From contig NIVC01000082.1 in NCBI GenBank assembly GCA_002269645.1, forward strand, positions 310,001 through 374,000: a DNA stretch of 64,000 nucleotides, in the 5' to 3' direction. Shown in pieces: positions 20,755 to 35,005 of the stretch; the stretch's first letter is position 1, and each line of letters starts with the position of its first letter. The DNA comes from Macrostomum lignano. Lineage: Eukaryota. The translations under genes and the position numbers were made by a program. The notes beneath the pieces were generated by a model. That model was not told the origin of the DNA. It made no database searches and saw nothing but the letters and a program-made list of their open reading frames with translations.

Positions 20755-22745
20755 TCTGATCCCATCTCCCCTCTCTGATCCCATCTTCCTCCTCTCTGAT
20801 CCCATCTCCCCTCTCTGATCCCATCTTCCTCCTCTGATCCCATCTCCCTCCTCTCTGATCCCATCTCCCCTCTCTGATCCCATCTCCCTCCTCTCTGATC
20901 CATCTCCCTCCTCTCTGATCCCATCTCCATCCTCTGATCCTATCTTCCTCTCTGATCCATCTCCCTCCTCTCTGATCCTATCTCCATCCTCTGATCCTAT
21001 CTTCCTCCTCTGATCCCATCTCCCTCCTCTCTGATCCCATCTCCCTCCTCTCTGATCCCATCTCCATCCTCTGATCCTATCTTCCTCCTCTGATCCCATC
21101 TCCCTCCTCTCTGATCCCATCTCCATCCTCTCTGATCCCATCTCCATCCTCTGATCCTATCTTCCTCCTCTCTGATCCCATCTCCCCCTCTCTGATCCCA
21201 TCTTCCTCCTCTGATCCCATCTCCCTCCTCTCTGATCCCATCTCCCCCTCTCTGATCCCATCTCCCTCCTCTCTGATCCCATCTCCCTCCTCTCTGATCC
21301 CATCTCCATCCTCTGATCCTATCTTCCTCCTCTGATCCCATCTCCCTCCTCTCTGATCCTATCTCCATCCTCTGATCCTATCTTCCTCCTCTGATCCCAT
21401 CTCCCTCCTCTCTGATCCCATCTCCCTCCTCTCTGATCCCATCTCCATCCTCTGATCCTATCTTCCTCCTCTGATCCATCTCCCTCCTCTCTGATCCCAT
21501 CTCCATCCTCTGATCCTATCTTCCTCCTCTGATCCCATCTCCCTCCTCTCTGATCCCATCTCCATCCTCTGATCCTATCTTCCTCCTCTGATGTCATCTC
21601 CCCCTCTCTGATCCCATCTCCCTCCTCTCTGATCCCATCTCCCTCCTCTCTGATCCCATCTCCCCTCTCTGATCCCATCTCCCCCTCTCTGATCCCATCT
21701 CCCCCTCTCTGATCCCATCTCCCCTCTCTGATCCCATCTCCCCCTCTCTGATCCATCTCCCCCTCTCTGATCCCATCTCCCCCTCTCTGATCCCATCTTC
21801 CTCCTCTGATGCCATTTCCCTCCTCTGCTCCCATATCCCTCCTCTGCTCCCATATCCCTCCTCTCTGCTCCCATATCCCTCCTCTGCTCCCATATCCCTC
21901 CTCTGCTCCCATATCCCTCCTCTGCTCCCATATCCCTCCTCTGCTCCCATATCCCTCCTCTGCTCCCATATCCCTCCTCTGCTCCCATATCCCTCCTCTC
22001 TGCTCCCATATCCCTCCTCTGCTCCCATATCCCTCCTCTGCTCCCATATCCCTCCTCTCTGCTCCCATATCCCTCCTCTGCTCCCATATCCCTCCTCTGC
22101 TCCCATATCCCTCCTCTGCTCCCATATCCCTCCTCTGCTCCCATATCCCTCCTCTGCTCCCATATCCCTCCTCTGCTCCCATATCCCTCCTCTGCTGCTC
22201 CATATCCCTCCTCTGCTCCCATATCCCTCCTCTGCTCCCATATCCCTCCTCTGCTCCCATATCCCTCCTCTCTGCTCCCATTTCCCTCCTCTGGTCCTAT
22301 CTCCCTCCTCTCTGCTCCCATTTCCCTCCTCTGATCCCATCTCCCTCCTCTCTGCTCCCATTTCCCTCCTCTCTGCTCCCATTTCCCTCCTCTGATGCCA
22401 TCTCCCTCCTCTCTGCTCCCATTTCCCTCCTCTGATGCCATCTCCCTCCTCTCTGCTCCCATTTCCCTCCTCTGATGCCATCTCCCTCCTCTCTGCTCCC
22501 ATCTCCCTCCTCTGATGCCATCTCCCTCCTCTCTGCTCCCATCTCCCTCCTCTCTGCTCCCATTTCCCTCCTCTGATGCCATCTCCCTCCTCTCTGCTCC
22601 CATCTCCCTCCTCTCTGCTCCCATTTCCCTCCTCTGGTCCTATCTCCCTCCTCTCTACTCCCATATCCCTCATCTGATCCCATCTCCATGTCCCCCTTTC
22701 TCTCTGATCCCATCTTCCTCCTCTGATTCCATCTTCCATTTTCTG
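20755..22745. repeat. 20-22-bp CT-rich minisatellite (CTCTGATCCCAT... / CTCTGCTCCCAT...) in three sub-blocks
   Basis: Directly visible. Confidence 0.95.
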
Positions 22746-23344
22746 CTTTGGTAATCACAATGCGTGCAGATTCGTCAGGTTTCGAAGTCCCTAATTCTAT
22801 TAGAACCTCAGATATAGAACCTACGCAGTTACACTTCGTACTAGCTGGTGGGTTATAAAATAATTCGTAAAATTTATTGCCTTAGTTTTTACAGTTCTCA
22901 CCGTTCAACAAGCGAATTTGTTAGCTATTTTTAATAAATGTAGCCAAGTGACATCTTGTCGATTCTATATGTGCCTGCGCATAATCACTTATTGTTGGTA
23001 TAAGCTGGCCTAATTGTTCTGCCGTCCGCCAACTGGGCTTCTAGGATTCCGGAAAGAGAGCAGTTTGTTCTAGCAAACACTACAAAATTGATACTTTCTG
23101 GTGCCGGTACAGAAGTCGGGAACTTTTCTTTCTGGTTGTTCTATTGATATTTTCTGCTTCCACTTCTTGATGCAAGTCTGTAATCCATTTATATTATCAA
23201 GGCATTTGTGTCTGTTTGTTCGCTGTTGATAAGCCTGCTTGTGACGCCTGAAGAGAGCGTCACAAGTGTGGGATGGAAATGGCTACATAAATAGGAGAAA
23301 TAAGAGCTATGAATTAGAGAGATGAAGGGTATTGCAGAATTAGA

Positions 23345-24060
23345 GTGGGTGAGATTAGGGTAGAGTGGGTGAGATTTTGGGAGAGTGGGATGAGATAAGG
23401 AGAGAGTGGGTGAAATAAGGAGAGAGTGGATGATATAAGGGGAGAGTGGGTGAGATAAGGAGAGAGTGGATGAGATAAGGAGAGAGTGGATGAGATAAGG
23501 GGAGAGTGGGTGAGATAAGGAGAGAGTGGATGAGATAAGGAGAGAGTGGGTGAGATAAGGGGAGAGTGGGTGAGATAAGGAGAGAGTGGGTGAGATAAGG
23601 GGAGAGTGGGTGAGATAAGGAGAGAGTGGGTGAGATAAGGGGAGACTGGGTAAGGTAAGGAGAGAGTGGATGAGGTAAGGAGAAAGTGGATGAGATAAGG
23701 AGAGAGTGGGTGAGATAAGGGGAGACTGGGTAAGGTAAGGAGAGAGTGGATGAGGTAAGGAGAGAGTGGGTGAGATAAGGGGAGACTGGGTAAGGTAAGG
23801 AGAGAGTGGATGAGGTACGGAGAGAGTGGGTGAGATAAGGGGAGAGTGGGTGAGATAAGGAGAAAGTGGGTGAGATAAGGAGAGAGTGGGTGAGATAAGG
23901 GGAGACTGGGTGAGGTAGGGAGAGAGGGTGAGATAAGGGTAGAGGGGAGAGTGGGTGAGATAAGGGTAGAGGGGAGAGTGGGTGAGATTAGGGGAGAAGG
24001 GAGAATGGTTGAGATAAAAGATGAGAAGGAACAGCAGGGATGAGAGAGATAAGGTGAAAA
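23345..24060. repeat. 20-bp purine-rich repeat GAGAGTGGGTGAGATAAGGA
   Basis: Directly visible. Confidence 0.93.
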
Positions 24061-25509
24061 GGTAGAAGAACAAATTGTTTACAATTCACCTTTTCTCGGC
24101 TGGCTACTAATTTCAGCTAATTCCCTGCTCTGTCTGCAAGGTTCAGAAGAGAAGCTACAGAAATTGAGCCGTTCGATAGGTTTTTCCCCACTTCACTTCA
24201 GGCGCTAGAATCCAGAAACTATACTTTTTAAATTTATTATATATAGAAAACTTCAATAAATGCAAGAGTCGGCTTGAGTGGTCTGGAGCGGCAAGGTTGC
24301 CAACACCTGCCACACTTCAGTGAGCATTCATTGACAAGCTGCGCCTGTAGTAGAAGGGAGAATTAATGGCTTCCCATGGCTACTAGGCAGGTGAGGGCAA
24401 GGGAAAATTGGGGAGGGAAGGAGGTTGGTGGCAAATGGTGTCAATTCCGCATCGCTTTCCTGAGGTGAGTAGCTGATGCTTGGCAAACTGTATTGGCCTG
24501 GGCCTCTGTTAAATAGGGGGTGTTTAGGTATGCAAAGGTGCCGCCGTTTTCCTTTTGAAAATTCTTTTTCAAAGCCTTCTCCAGCTCTAGGCTGAGATGG
24601 CATCTGTTTCCCTCTGCTATATCCATGGTAGTGAAACTGGATGATGTGGCTGCGAATTTGACTGCTGACTCTCGTAGGTCTGCTGCGGTTTTCTGCTTTT
24701 AGGCAAGCATATTTCTCTTTCTGGTCTCCCTTCCTGGAGTCTCTTCCGTTTCAACCGGTTTGTCGTGCGTTTTGTTTGATCACATTTTGGCAGCTTTGTC
24801 TCTCATTCCCGCCCTGCACCTCCCTGTATGCTGCCCTTTCATTGTTTACCTCTCCCTCCTGTCTCTTCCAGCCTCTCTACCTCTCGCTCTTACTCTCCCC
24901 TCTTCTCTCCCTCTTCTTCCTCTCTTCTTCTCTCCAATCTCTCCAATCTCTTTCTCCCCTCTTCTCTTCTCTCCCTCTGTCTCTCCTTATCCCTCTCTCC
25001 CCTCCCTTTCCTTCTCTCTCCCTCGCCAATTTCGTCTAATAATTCATTGCCACTGGCGGAAGTCTACAATTGCGGCAATATATTCATTTCGAGCTGTCGA
25101 AAATGTCCCTTTCTGTTTTCCTCATTACTGCTTAAAACATTCTAAATATTTTGAGCGATTCTTTATCACAAATTCAAACTGATTGCATCGCTTTATCACA
25201 TTCATTATTAATCCTGCCCTGGCCGACTCTCAGTGAGGTATTTGTAGATTGGAAATCTGAGTATTTGAATCCATAGCTGACTGGTGTCTAAATATTCCCC
25301 CGTGTGCACTGCTTTGACTGCACTGCGATTCATTTTTATTGACTGAAGTCTAGCATTGCAGGGTTTGAGTGAGAGTTGAGCTGATGAGGACAGATGTGTG
25401 CGATAGGAAGTGCAGATTAAAGTGTACTGCATTTGTGTGCGTTCTGAGTCACTTTTACAGGAGTATTGATCCATGGTTGCTGCAATATCGATTTCTATCA
25501 TTGTCATCT

Positions 25510-25556
25510 GTCTCTGTCTGTGTGTCTGTGTGTGTGTGTGTCTGTCTGTCTGTCTA

Positions 25557-25625
<69 letters not shown>

Positions 25626-25630
25626 CTGTG

Positions 25631-25665
<35 letters not shown>

Positions 25666-25698
25666 GTGTGTGTCTGTCTGTCTGTCTGTCTGTGTGTG

Positions 25699-25765
<67 letters not shown>

Positions 25766-25792
25766 GTGTGTGTCTGTCTGTCTGTCTGTCTA

Positions 25793-25889
<97 letters not shown>

Positions 25890-25894
25890 CTGTG

Positions 25895-25980
<86 letters not shown>
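25510..25980. repeat. (TCTG)n microsatellite
   Basis: Directly visible. Confidence 0.97.
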
Positions 25981-25981
<1 letters not shown>

Positions 25982-26792
25982 ATTAGTGCCTGTCTGTCCA
26001 TTCAGTTGTGTCTCTTAGTTTATCTTTACAGCCCAAGTTTGTTGACGATAATATATATTTTCTAATTTCTCACTTCAGTTCAGCGGGTATTTGGGTCTTC
26101 TTTTCAAATACAGTTCTCCCCCCCTCTCTCTCTCTCTAAGTCGTCTTTGCTCTCAAATTCGCAGCAAGCGGTTCTCACAAGTGTTTGCGCTTCACACTTA
26201 AGAGGCTCGCACTGCATAAAGCGCCCTTCCTGTCCTTGCAGTGAGTGTATAGACTACTCAGTGCTGTGGCCCCGCGTTGCCAACTATTTAGGGATATATA
26301 TATATATATGGATAAGTGAGAGAAACTTCTTCACACTGTTAAAAACCTTCTGTGCACACACACACAGACAGGCAGGCAGACAGACAGATAGACATTTTCT
26401 GGAACAAAAAGCAAACCTAATTATAGTTAGCCATAGATATTATACTTTCTTAATGACAACTGCCGAGCATTAGGTAGGCATCATGATGCAGTTGACAGAC
26501 TATAGCCGGCCAAAAACACGCTCAGATTTGCTGAATTCTGGCGAACGCTTAGAGTTGAAAGTGAAGCGTAGCTGGGTAGTTGACGAGTTTCTTTCTACAA
26601 TCCTATCTCGGCACTTTAGCCCGCATCCGATGGTGGCTATGGGGACTGTTGTTTCGGTATATTGATGGCTAGCGGGTTAATCAATTGGTTTAATGTGTAT
26701 ACTGAATAAACTTCTGTTTCTGCGAGTTTTTTCTCGCGTTTTCTCTGTTTTCTAAAGTGTATAGCCATTAGTTTAGTTTTGATGTTGCTGAA

Positions 26793-28042
26793 GTGGCGCC
26801 AAAATCAGTGTCAGTCCGAGAGTGGCGCCAAAGCCAGTGTTAGTCAGAGTGGCGCCAAAATCAATGTCAGTCCGAGAGTGGCGCCAAAGCCAGTGTTAGT
26901 CAGAGTGGCGCCAAAATTAGTCTCAGTCCGAGAGTGGCGTCAAAGCCAGTGTTAGTCAGAGTGGCGCCAAAATTAGTCTCAGTCCGAGAGTGGCGCCAAA
27001 GCCAGTGTCAGAGTGGCGCCAAAATCTGTGTCTGTTCGAGAGTGGCGCCAAAATCAATGTCAGTCCGAGAGTGGCGCCAAAATCAGTGTCAGAGTGGCGC
27101 CAAAATCAGTATTAGAGTGGCGCCAAAATCAGTGTCAGTCAGAGGGTAGCGCCAAAATCAGTATTAGTGTGGCGCCAAAATCAGTGTCAGTCAGAGGGTA
27201 GCGCCAAAATCAGTATTAGTGTGGCGCAAAAATCTGTGTCAGTCAAAGGGTGGCGCCAAAATCAGTGTCACAGTGGCGCCAAAATCAGTGTCAATCAGAG
27301 GGTAGCGCCAAAATCAGTATTAGAGTGGCGCCAAAATCAGTATTATAGTGGCGCCAAAATCAGTATTAGAGTGGCTCCAAAATCAGTATTAGAGTGGCGC
27401 CAAAATCAGTATTAGAGTGGCTCCAAAATCAGTATTAGAGTGGCGCCAAAATCAGTATTAGAGTGGCGCCACATTCAGTGTCAGTCAGAGGGTGGCGCCA
27501 AAATCAGTATTAGAGTGGCGCCAAAATCAGTATTAGAGTGGCGCAAAAATCAGTATTAGAGTGGCGCCAAAATCAGTATTAGAGTTGCTCCAAAATCAGT
27601 ATTTTAGTGGCGCCAAAATCAGTATTAGAGTGGCGCCAAAATCAGTATTAGAGTGGCGCCACAATCAGTGTCAGTCAGAGGGTGGCGCCAAAATCATTAT
27701 TAGAGTGGCGCCAAAATCAGTGACAGTCTGAGGGTGGCGCCAAAATCAGTGTCAGTCAGAGGGTGGCGCCAAAATCAGTATTAGAGTGGCGCCAAAATCA
27801 GTGTCAATCAGAGGGTAGCGCCAAAATCAGTATTAGAGTGGCGCCAAAATCAGTGTCAATCAGAGGGTAGCGCTAAAATCAGTATTAGAGTGGCGCCAAA
27901 ATCAGTGTCAGTCAGAGAGTGGCGCTAAAACCAGTGTTAGTCAGAGTGGCGCTAAACCAGTGTCAGAGAGTGGCGCTAAAACCAGTGTTAGTCAGAGTGG
28001 CGCTAAACCAGTGTCAGAGAGTGGCGCTAAAACCAGTGTCAG
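26793..28042. repeat. ~23-30-bp minisatellite with a GTGGCGCCAAAATCAGT core
   Basis: About 30 TGGCGCCAAA copies counted by eye. Confidence 0.95.
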
Positions 28043-29039
28043 AATCTCCAACGGCAACGTGCCAGAGTTCACGTAGTTTTTGTCCATAATTCGACTTGGT
28101 ATGTTTGTCTTAAAATTTAACCACTTGTATCTCCTCTAAACTAGTAAAAAACATTGCATTTTTTGTTCAATAGGAAGCCTGGTTAAGGGAACTCACTAAG
28201 AGTCGAAGATGAGTCATGAGGCAGCTGCTTGCCCAGTTTCCTGATAAGACCGAATCCCTATACTGTCTTGTGCTCTTCTGGTAGCAGAAAAAGAGTGCGT
28301 ATTTGTGCGTGTGTGCTCACGAATATTGTCGGGTGATTAAGGCATCAGGCATTCTGGATGATGCGCCATGATGCCCCCCGAAAACATATTTCTTTCGCTA
28401 ATGGCGCTGAGACTTTAGTTTTGAGCATTGACAATGAGCGATTGAAGTTTTTTGTCTATCCTATGTACATTAGATACCTCTGCAATGCTGGATGAGAAAT
28501 TTCTTTAAAAGCTTTGCAAACAAAGAGTCGGAATTGCTTCTTCTTTTTTCCTGGGTGGTCGTTTGTACCTTTGGTTGAAAGAGAATTTCGCACGCCAAAA
28601 AAACGGTTTGTCTACCTGGATTTTCTGCTAGCTTTTGTCCAGCATCTCAAGTTTCAATTGCGCTTGGCTATTTTTGCAGGAAGTTGATGGTGTCTGCGAT
28701 TGGCCAATTAGGGTCATCTGGGTTGCATCATAAATTGTAGTTGACCCTTGATCAATTAAATCAAGTTTTTTTTTCTGCTTACCTAATTTGCATTCTTTGT
28801 ACTGAGAAAGCTGTTTTTGTCTTGGAGACTCGTTCTAATTTGACTTGGACCTATCTTGGAATTGTGTAATGGTTTTCACCTGGTGGCCTGGTGTTTTACT
28901 TGGTCATCCTTTTCGTTATTTTAAAGTTCGCGACTAAAGAAATTAATTAGAGTTATAACGCTTATCTTGTTTGACTTTCCTCTGTCCTCTCACTTCACTG
29001 CTACTCCACTCACGCCTTCCTCACCCCGCGGTCACCCCA

Positions 29040-29310
29040 CTGTTACTCCCCTCTCACCCCAAAGTCAGCCCACTGTCACTCCACTGTCGCTCCCCTCTCA
29101 CTCCACTGTCACTCCAGTCTCACTCCACTGTCACTCCGATCTCACTTCACTGTCACTCCACTCTCACTCCACTGTCACTCCGATCTCACTACACTGTCAC
29201 TCCGATCTCACTCTACTGTCACTCTGATCTCACTCCACTCTTACTCCACTGTCACTCCTTTCTCACTCCACTTTCACTCCACTGTCACTCCCTTCTCACT
29301 CCCCTCCAGT
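29040..29310. repeat. Degenerate CACTCCACTGTCACTCCGATCT repeat
   Basis: Directly visible. Confidence 0.85.
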
Positions 29311-29952
29311 ACCATTCAGACCCGAAAACAACCCAGGCTTAAAAAAGAAACCGTTGAAAAAAATTGCAGAGCGCACTAAAAAAATATTTTCGGTTATAAA
29401 ACAGCATTAAACAATCCCCCCCTTTCTCCATTCCTTTCAAACCAGGAAACAGCTGGTCAAGCATGAAAAGAAATCCATTGCTTTGAGAAAATCATACCCC
29501 CCATAGCTACTGTGCTTAACCAGACTGGCAAGCCCAAGTCTATCGTGTGCGTTAGAATCAAAACCTGATTTATTAATATCGATCCCACTTATTGAGACTT
29601 TGGTAGAGGTTTAACCTTGAGGATTAAAGAACTCCAAACCTAGTAGCTTTCTAATAACTTAACACCTCTTTCATTTGGTAAATTGTTTTACACTGGTTAG
29701 CTTTCGCCTCACTTTCCAGACATCTATTTTGTAGTCCAGGGTTTAGAAAAATTTAGCATTCCTTGGCTGGTATGGAGAAAGCAGAATGCTTGCTGCCCAA
29801 AGCAATTCTTATTGGTCGATAAGTTTATGAGAACCCGCCTCACTCTCCCCCCCCCCTAGAAGAAGCAGCGGCTGAAGTGAAAAAAGTGTGAATTTTTACA
29901 CTGCCAATTAGTTTTTTTAATAAGCTATTTCCCCAATAGTAATGCCATTATA

Positions 29953-30124
29953 ATGAATTTGTTTATTAGGACAGCAATGTCTGCGTTGTTTGATATCTTT
30001 TCAGCATCGACTGCCGCTAAGCAGTCCCATAGTAACAGCTGCTTTGTTCGATTATTGCTGCTAATTGCTATTGTCAAGCAGGTGCGCGCTGTTGACACTT
30101 CTGATGCTACACGGTCAGGAAACA
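29953..30124 (+). CDS. Probable Eph receptor exon 1 (signal peptide; ATG at 29953 or 29977)
   Basis: Hydrophobic FVRLLLLIAIVKQVRA|VD is signal-like. Perfect phase-1 donor a|GTGAGT at 30125 matches the phase-1 acceptor at 43843, giving ...GNKTLLDT. The assignment is inferred, with no homology in this segment. Confidence 0.55.
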
Positions 30125-30167
30125 GTGAGTATTGTTGTTAATAGCGGATTTGGAACCTAAGACTCTA

Positions 30168-31470
30168 TCTGAGGATTTCCAGCGAATCTCTCCTGAGATT
30201 TCCAGCGACCAGCGATTCTCTCCTGAGATTTCCATAGACTCTCTCCTGAGATTTCCAGCGATTCTCTCCTGAGATTTCCAGCGATTCTCTCCTGAGATTT
30301 CCATAGACTCTCTCCTGAGATTTCCAGCGATTCTCTCCTGAGATTTCCAGCAACTCTCTCCTGATATTTCCAGCGACTCTCTCTGAGATTTCCATAGACT
30401 CTCTCTGAGATTTCCAGATTCTCTCCTGAGATTTCCAGACTCTCTCCTGAGATTTCCAGGATTCTCTCCTGAGATTTCCAGCGATTCTCTCCTGAGATTT
30501 CCAGACTCTCTCCTGAGATTTCCAGCGATTCTCTCCTGAGATTTCCATCGACTCTCTCCTGAGATTTCCAGCAACTCTCTCCTGATATTTCCATCGACTC
30601 TCTCCTGAGATTTCCAGCAACTCTCTCCTGATATTTCCAGCGACTCGCTTCTGAGATTTCCATAGACTCTCTCCTGAGATTTCCAGCGACTCTCTCCTGA
30701 GATTTCCAGCGATTCTCTCCTGAGATTTCCATAGACTCTCTCCTGAGATTTCCAGGGATTCTCTCCTGAGATTTCCAGCGATTCTCTCCTGAGATTTCCA
30801 TAGACTCTCTCCTGAGATTTCCAGCGATTCTCTCCTGAGATTTCCATCGACTCTCTCCTGAGATTTCCAGCAACTCTCTCCTGATATTTCCAGCGACTCG
30901 CTTCTGAGATTTCCATAGACTCTCTCCTGAGATTTCCAGCGACTCTCTCCTGAGATTTCCAGCGATTCTCTCCTGAGATTTCCATAGACTCTCTCCTGAG
31001 ATTTCCAGCGATTCTCTCCTGAGATTTCCAGCGATTCTCTCCTGAGATTTCCATCGACTCTCTCCTGAGATTTCCAGCAACTCTCTCCTGATATTTCCAG
31101 CGATTCTCTCCTGAGATTTCCATAGACTCTCTCCTGAGATTTCCAGCGATTCTCTCCTGAGATTTCCATAGACTCTCTCCTGAGATTTCCGGCGATTCTC
31201 TCCTGAGATTTCCAGGGATTCTCTCCTGAGATTTCCAGCGATTCTCTCCTGAATTTCCAGCGATTCTCTCCTGAGATTTCCATAGACTCTCTTCTGAGAT
31301 TTCCAGCGATTCTCTCCTGAGATTTCCAGCGATTCTCTCCTGAGATTTCCAGCGATTCTCTCCTGAGATTTCCATAGACTCTCTCCTGAGATTTCCAGCG
31401 ACTCTCTCCTGAGATTTCCAGCGACTTTCTCCTGAGATTTCCAGCAACTCTTTCTCCTGAGATTTCCAGT
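30168..31470. repeat. 23-bp repeat CTCTCCTGAGATTTCCAGCGATT
   Basis: Directly visible; starts about 40 bp after the putative Eph exon 1 donor. Confidence 0.96.
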
Positions 31471-31709
31471 AGCTCCTTTAAGATTTTTAGCGTATGCTTT
31501 AAACATCCCTGTGACTCTCACCTGCGACTTTAATTATTCGAATACCATGACATTTAAAGTCCCAATTTGGGCAGATCTGATCTACTTGTACAAATCTTTG
31601 AATTGCAAGTAACTCCTAGGAATTTCCTACTTGCTCGGCACTTTGTAGTTTATCGAGCTTCAGTTTTGCTATTGAAACGCTAGAAACGAATGCAGATTTG
31701 CAGCGGCTC

Positions 31710-32270
31710 TCTGACTCTCACCCTTGATTCGATTCTCACCCTGACTCTCACCCTTGATTCGATTCTCATCCTGACTCTTACCCTTGATTCAATTCTCATT
31801 CTGACTCTCACCCTTGATTCGATTCTCATCCTGACTCTCACCCTTGATTCAGTTCTCATCCTGACTCTCACCCTTGATTCGATTCTCATCCTGACTCTCA
31901 CCCTTGATTCAATTCTCATCCTGACTCTTCACCCTTGATTCGATTCTCATCCTGACTCTCACCCTTGATTCGATTCTCATCCTGACTCTCACCCTTGATT
32001 CAATTCTCATCCTGACTCTTCACCCTTGATTCGATTCTCATCCTGACTCTCACCCTTGATTCAGTTCTCATCCTGACTCTCACCCTTGATTCAATTCTCA
32101 CCCTGACTTTCACCCTTGATTCAACTTCCACCGTGACTCTCAACTTTGATTCAATTCCCACCCTGACTCTCACCCTTGATTCAGTTCTCACCCTGACTCT
32201 CACCCTTGATTCAATTCTCACCCTGACTCTCACCCTTGATTCAATTCTCACCCTGACTCTCACTCATCCT
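31710..32270. repeat. 30-bp repeat CTGACTCTCACCCTTGATTCGATTCTCATC
   Basis: Directly visible. Confidence 0.95.
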
Positions 32271-32537
32271 TAATTTGCCAGGTTGTTTCCCGTGCTCTCG
32301 GAATTTCCTTTACACTGTTTTTTTTCATATTGTACTACTTCCGCTGCATTTTTGTAGTAGTAGTAACAGCAGTAGTACATCAAGCGTATGATAGAAACTG
32401 ATTTAGTTGTTTTGTTGGCTTTGTAGAGACATTGGTTAAAAATAAAATCTCTCTCTTTTTGTTTCCGTCTTGCTGTCCATCTTTCAGCCTGTCTAGCAAA
32501 TGGTCTGTCTGTCTGTATGTATGGGTCTGTCCCCTTG

Positions 32538-32777
32538 ATGCTGGCGCCCCTTGGTGCTGGCGCCCCTTGGTGCTGGCGCCCCTTGGTGCTGGTGCCCCTT
32601 GGTGCAGGCGCCCCTTGGTGCAGGCGCCCCTTGGTGCTGGCGCCCCTTGGTGCTGGCGCCCCTTGGTGCTGGCGCCCCTTTGGTGCTGGCGCCCCTTGGT
32701 GCTGGCGCCCCTTGGTGCTGGCGCCCCTTGGTGCTGGCGCCCCTTGGTGCTGGCGCCCCTTGGTGCTGGCGCCCCTT
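32538..32777 (+). repeat. 16-bp repeat GGCGCCCCTTGGTGCT (reverse complement of the 59468 array unit)
   Basis: About 15 units. Confidence 0.96.
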
Positions 32778-33464
32778 AGTATTTATATATGTATATAAAT
32801 AGATTTGTCATCGAGAGTCTGTCTCAGTGTGTCTGTCTGTCCTCGTGTCTGTCCACAGCTTCATCAGCCACTCCTCCCCTTCGGTGACGTCACCTTCCCC
32901 ACATGTCGATAGTGAACAAACTTTCTCCAATCATCCTTTTATCTAGCCGTATTTCTCAGAGCAAGTTGGTTATGTCATTATTTTATGACTATATCGCGCA
33001 ATCCCCATAGCCTTATGGTATAAATTATCTTCAACCTGCTTGCATCAGCTATGGAACCTTTTCCTGCGATAAAAATTGTTGCATCCGGCACGCTTGCACA
33101 GTTTGTGTTTGTTTCCACACGCACACACACACAGCCGATTCGCCGATCCACCACCTCCCGCTGGCTTTTCTGGGGCCCTGTTGCTAGGGCAAAATCTTGG
33201 CCGAGTTCGGAGGCATTTTCTACCTGGGTGGCGTCGGCTTGTTGCTGTCGTCTTGGGGATTAACCTGCTGCTTGCTCCCGCTGCTGGCGCCTTGGTGGGA
33301 GATTATATTAGGATTGTAAAATTATTTCTTTACACTTGCGCTTGCCCTCGATGCTTATCTCGTAGGCTTTTGGATTTGCATTGGCCATGATGCGTCCGGG
33401 TTAATTTGCTGACAGTGCTGGGAATTCACAATTCTGCATGCCAGCTTGTGCAGTCTGTGCGGCT

Positions 33465-33955
<491 letters not shown>

Positions 33956-34409
33956 TAGCTAACTAACTATCTACTGGTATCCGTAGATAATATTATAATA
34001 TAACATAGGTAATATTCAGCACACAGTATAGTCAGTGCTGCAGTTATCACCGGCTTGACAGATGTTCGACTCCTCTAGGAGCAAATATTGTACCAACACA
34101 TTCGCTGAGTCGTCAGTTTTCTCACCCACTTCACGAGCTCCACCGTTCGATAACAGCGCCCGCCCCCTTCCCCTACAGTTTTCATGCCTTCTTCTCTATA
34201 TAGACATTGGCAAGCGCTCTCACAGCGGTAGTGTCTGCCGCCTGTTTCTCCTCCAACATCGATTTCTAAACCAATGCACCATTGGGACTCGATTTTCTGT
34301 TCTCCTTTATTGGATGGCAGTTATGGTTATAACTGTGAATGGCAGATGTGGAAATCATATTTTATATCTAGCTTGTTCGGAGAACTGTTTATCTTATTAA
34401 TTAGTTGCT

Positions 34410-35005
34410 CACCTCTGTCCTCTGTGTTCCTTATCTTGCCCTGTTCCCTCTCTGTCCTCTGTGTTCCTTATCTTGTCCTGTTCCCTCTCTGTCCTCTGTG
34501 TTCCTTATCTTGTCCTGTTCCCTCTCTGTCCTCTGTGTTCCTTATCTTGTCCTGTTCCCTCTCTGTCCTCTATGTTCCTTATCTTGTCCTGTTCCCTCTC
34601 TGTCCTCTGTGTTCCTTATCTTGTCCTGTTCCCTCTCAGTCCTCTGTGTTCCTTATCTTGTCCTGTTCCCTCTCTGTCCTCTGTGTTCCTTATCTTGTCC
34701 TGTTCCCTCTCAGTCCTCTGTGTTCCTTATCTTGCCCTGTTCCCTCTCTGTCCTCTGTGTTCCTTATCTTGTCCTGTTCCCTCTCTGTCCTCTGTGTTCC
34801 TTATCTTGTCCTGTTCCCTCTCTGTCCTCTGTGTTCCTTATCTTGTCCTGTTCCCTCTCTGTCCTCTATGTTCCTTATCTTGTCCTGTTCCCTCTCTGTC
34901 CTCTGTGTTCCTTATCTTGTCCTGTTCCCTCTCAGTCCTCTGTGTTCCTTATCTTGTCCTGTTCCCTCTCTGTCCTCTGTGTTCCTTATCTTGCCCTGTT
35001 CCCTT
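34410..35005. repeat. 37-bp repeat CTCTCTGTCCTCTGTGTTCCTTATCTTGTCCTGTTCC
   Basis: Period 37 (TTCCTTATCT at 34464 and 34501). Confidence 0.96.

Noticed and set aside
20680-22758. Multiple overlapping G/E/R-rich ORFs
   Set aside because: Minisatellite translations.
24328-24750. Minus-strand protein-like stretch (KALKKNFQKENGG...)
   Set aside because: No recognisable motif or splice context; could be decayed TE ORF1 but I cannot support that without a search.
28080-28940. Unique-sequence block that might be a decayed element
   Set aside because: The minus-strand frame I translated is interrupted by stops; no terminal repeats, target-site duplication or domain motif recognised.
30107-31521. 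370-450 aa minus-strand ORFs (RRESLEISGE...)
   Set aside because: 23-bp repeat open in all three frames.
33076-33390. Alternative Eph signal-peptide exon (WRRLVAVVLGINLLLAPAAGA)
   Set aside because: No ATG start and no phase-1 donor after the hydrophobic stretch. The 29953-30124 candidate has both.
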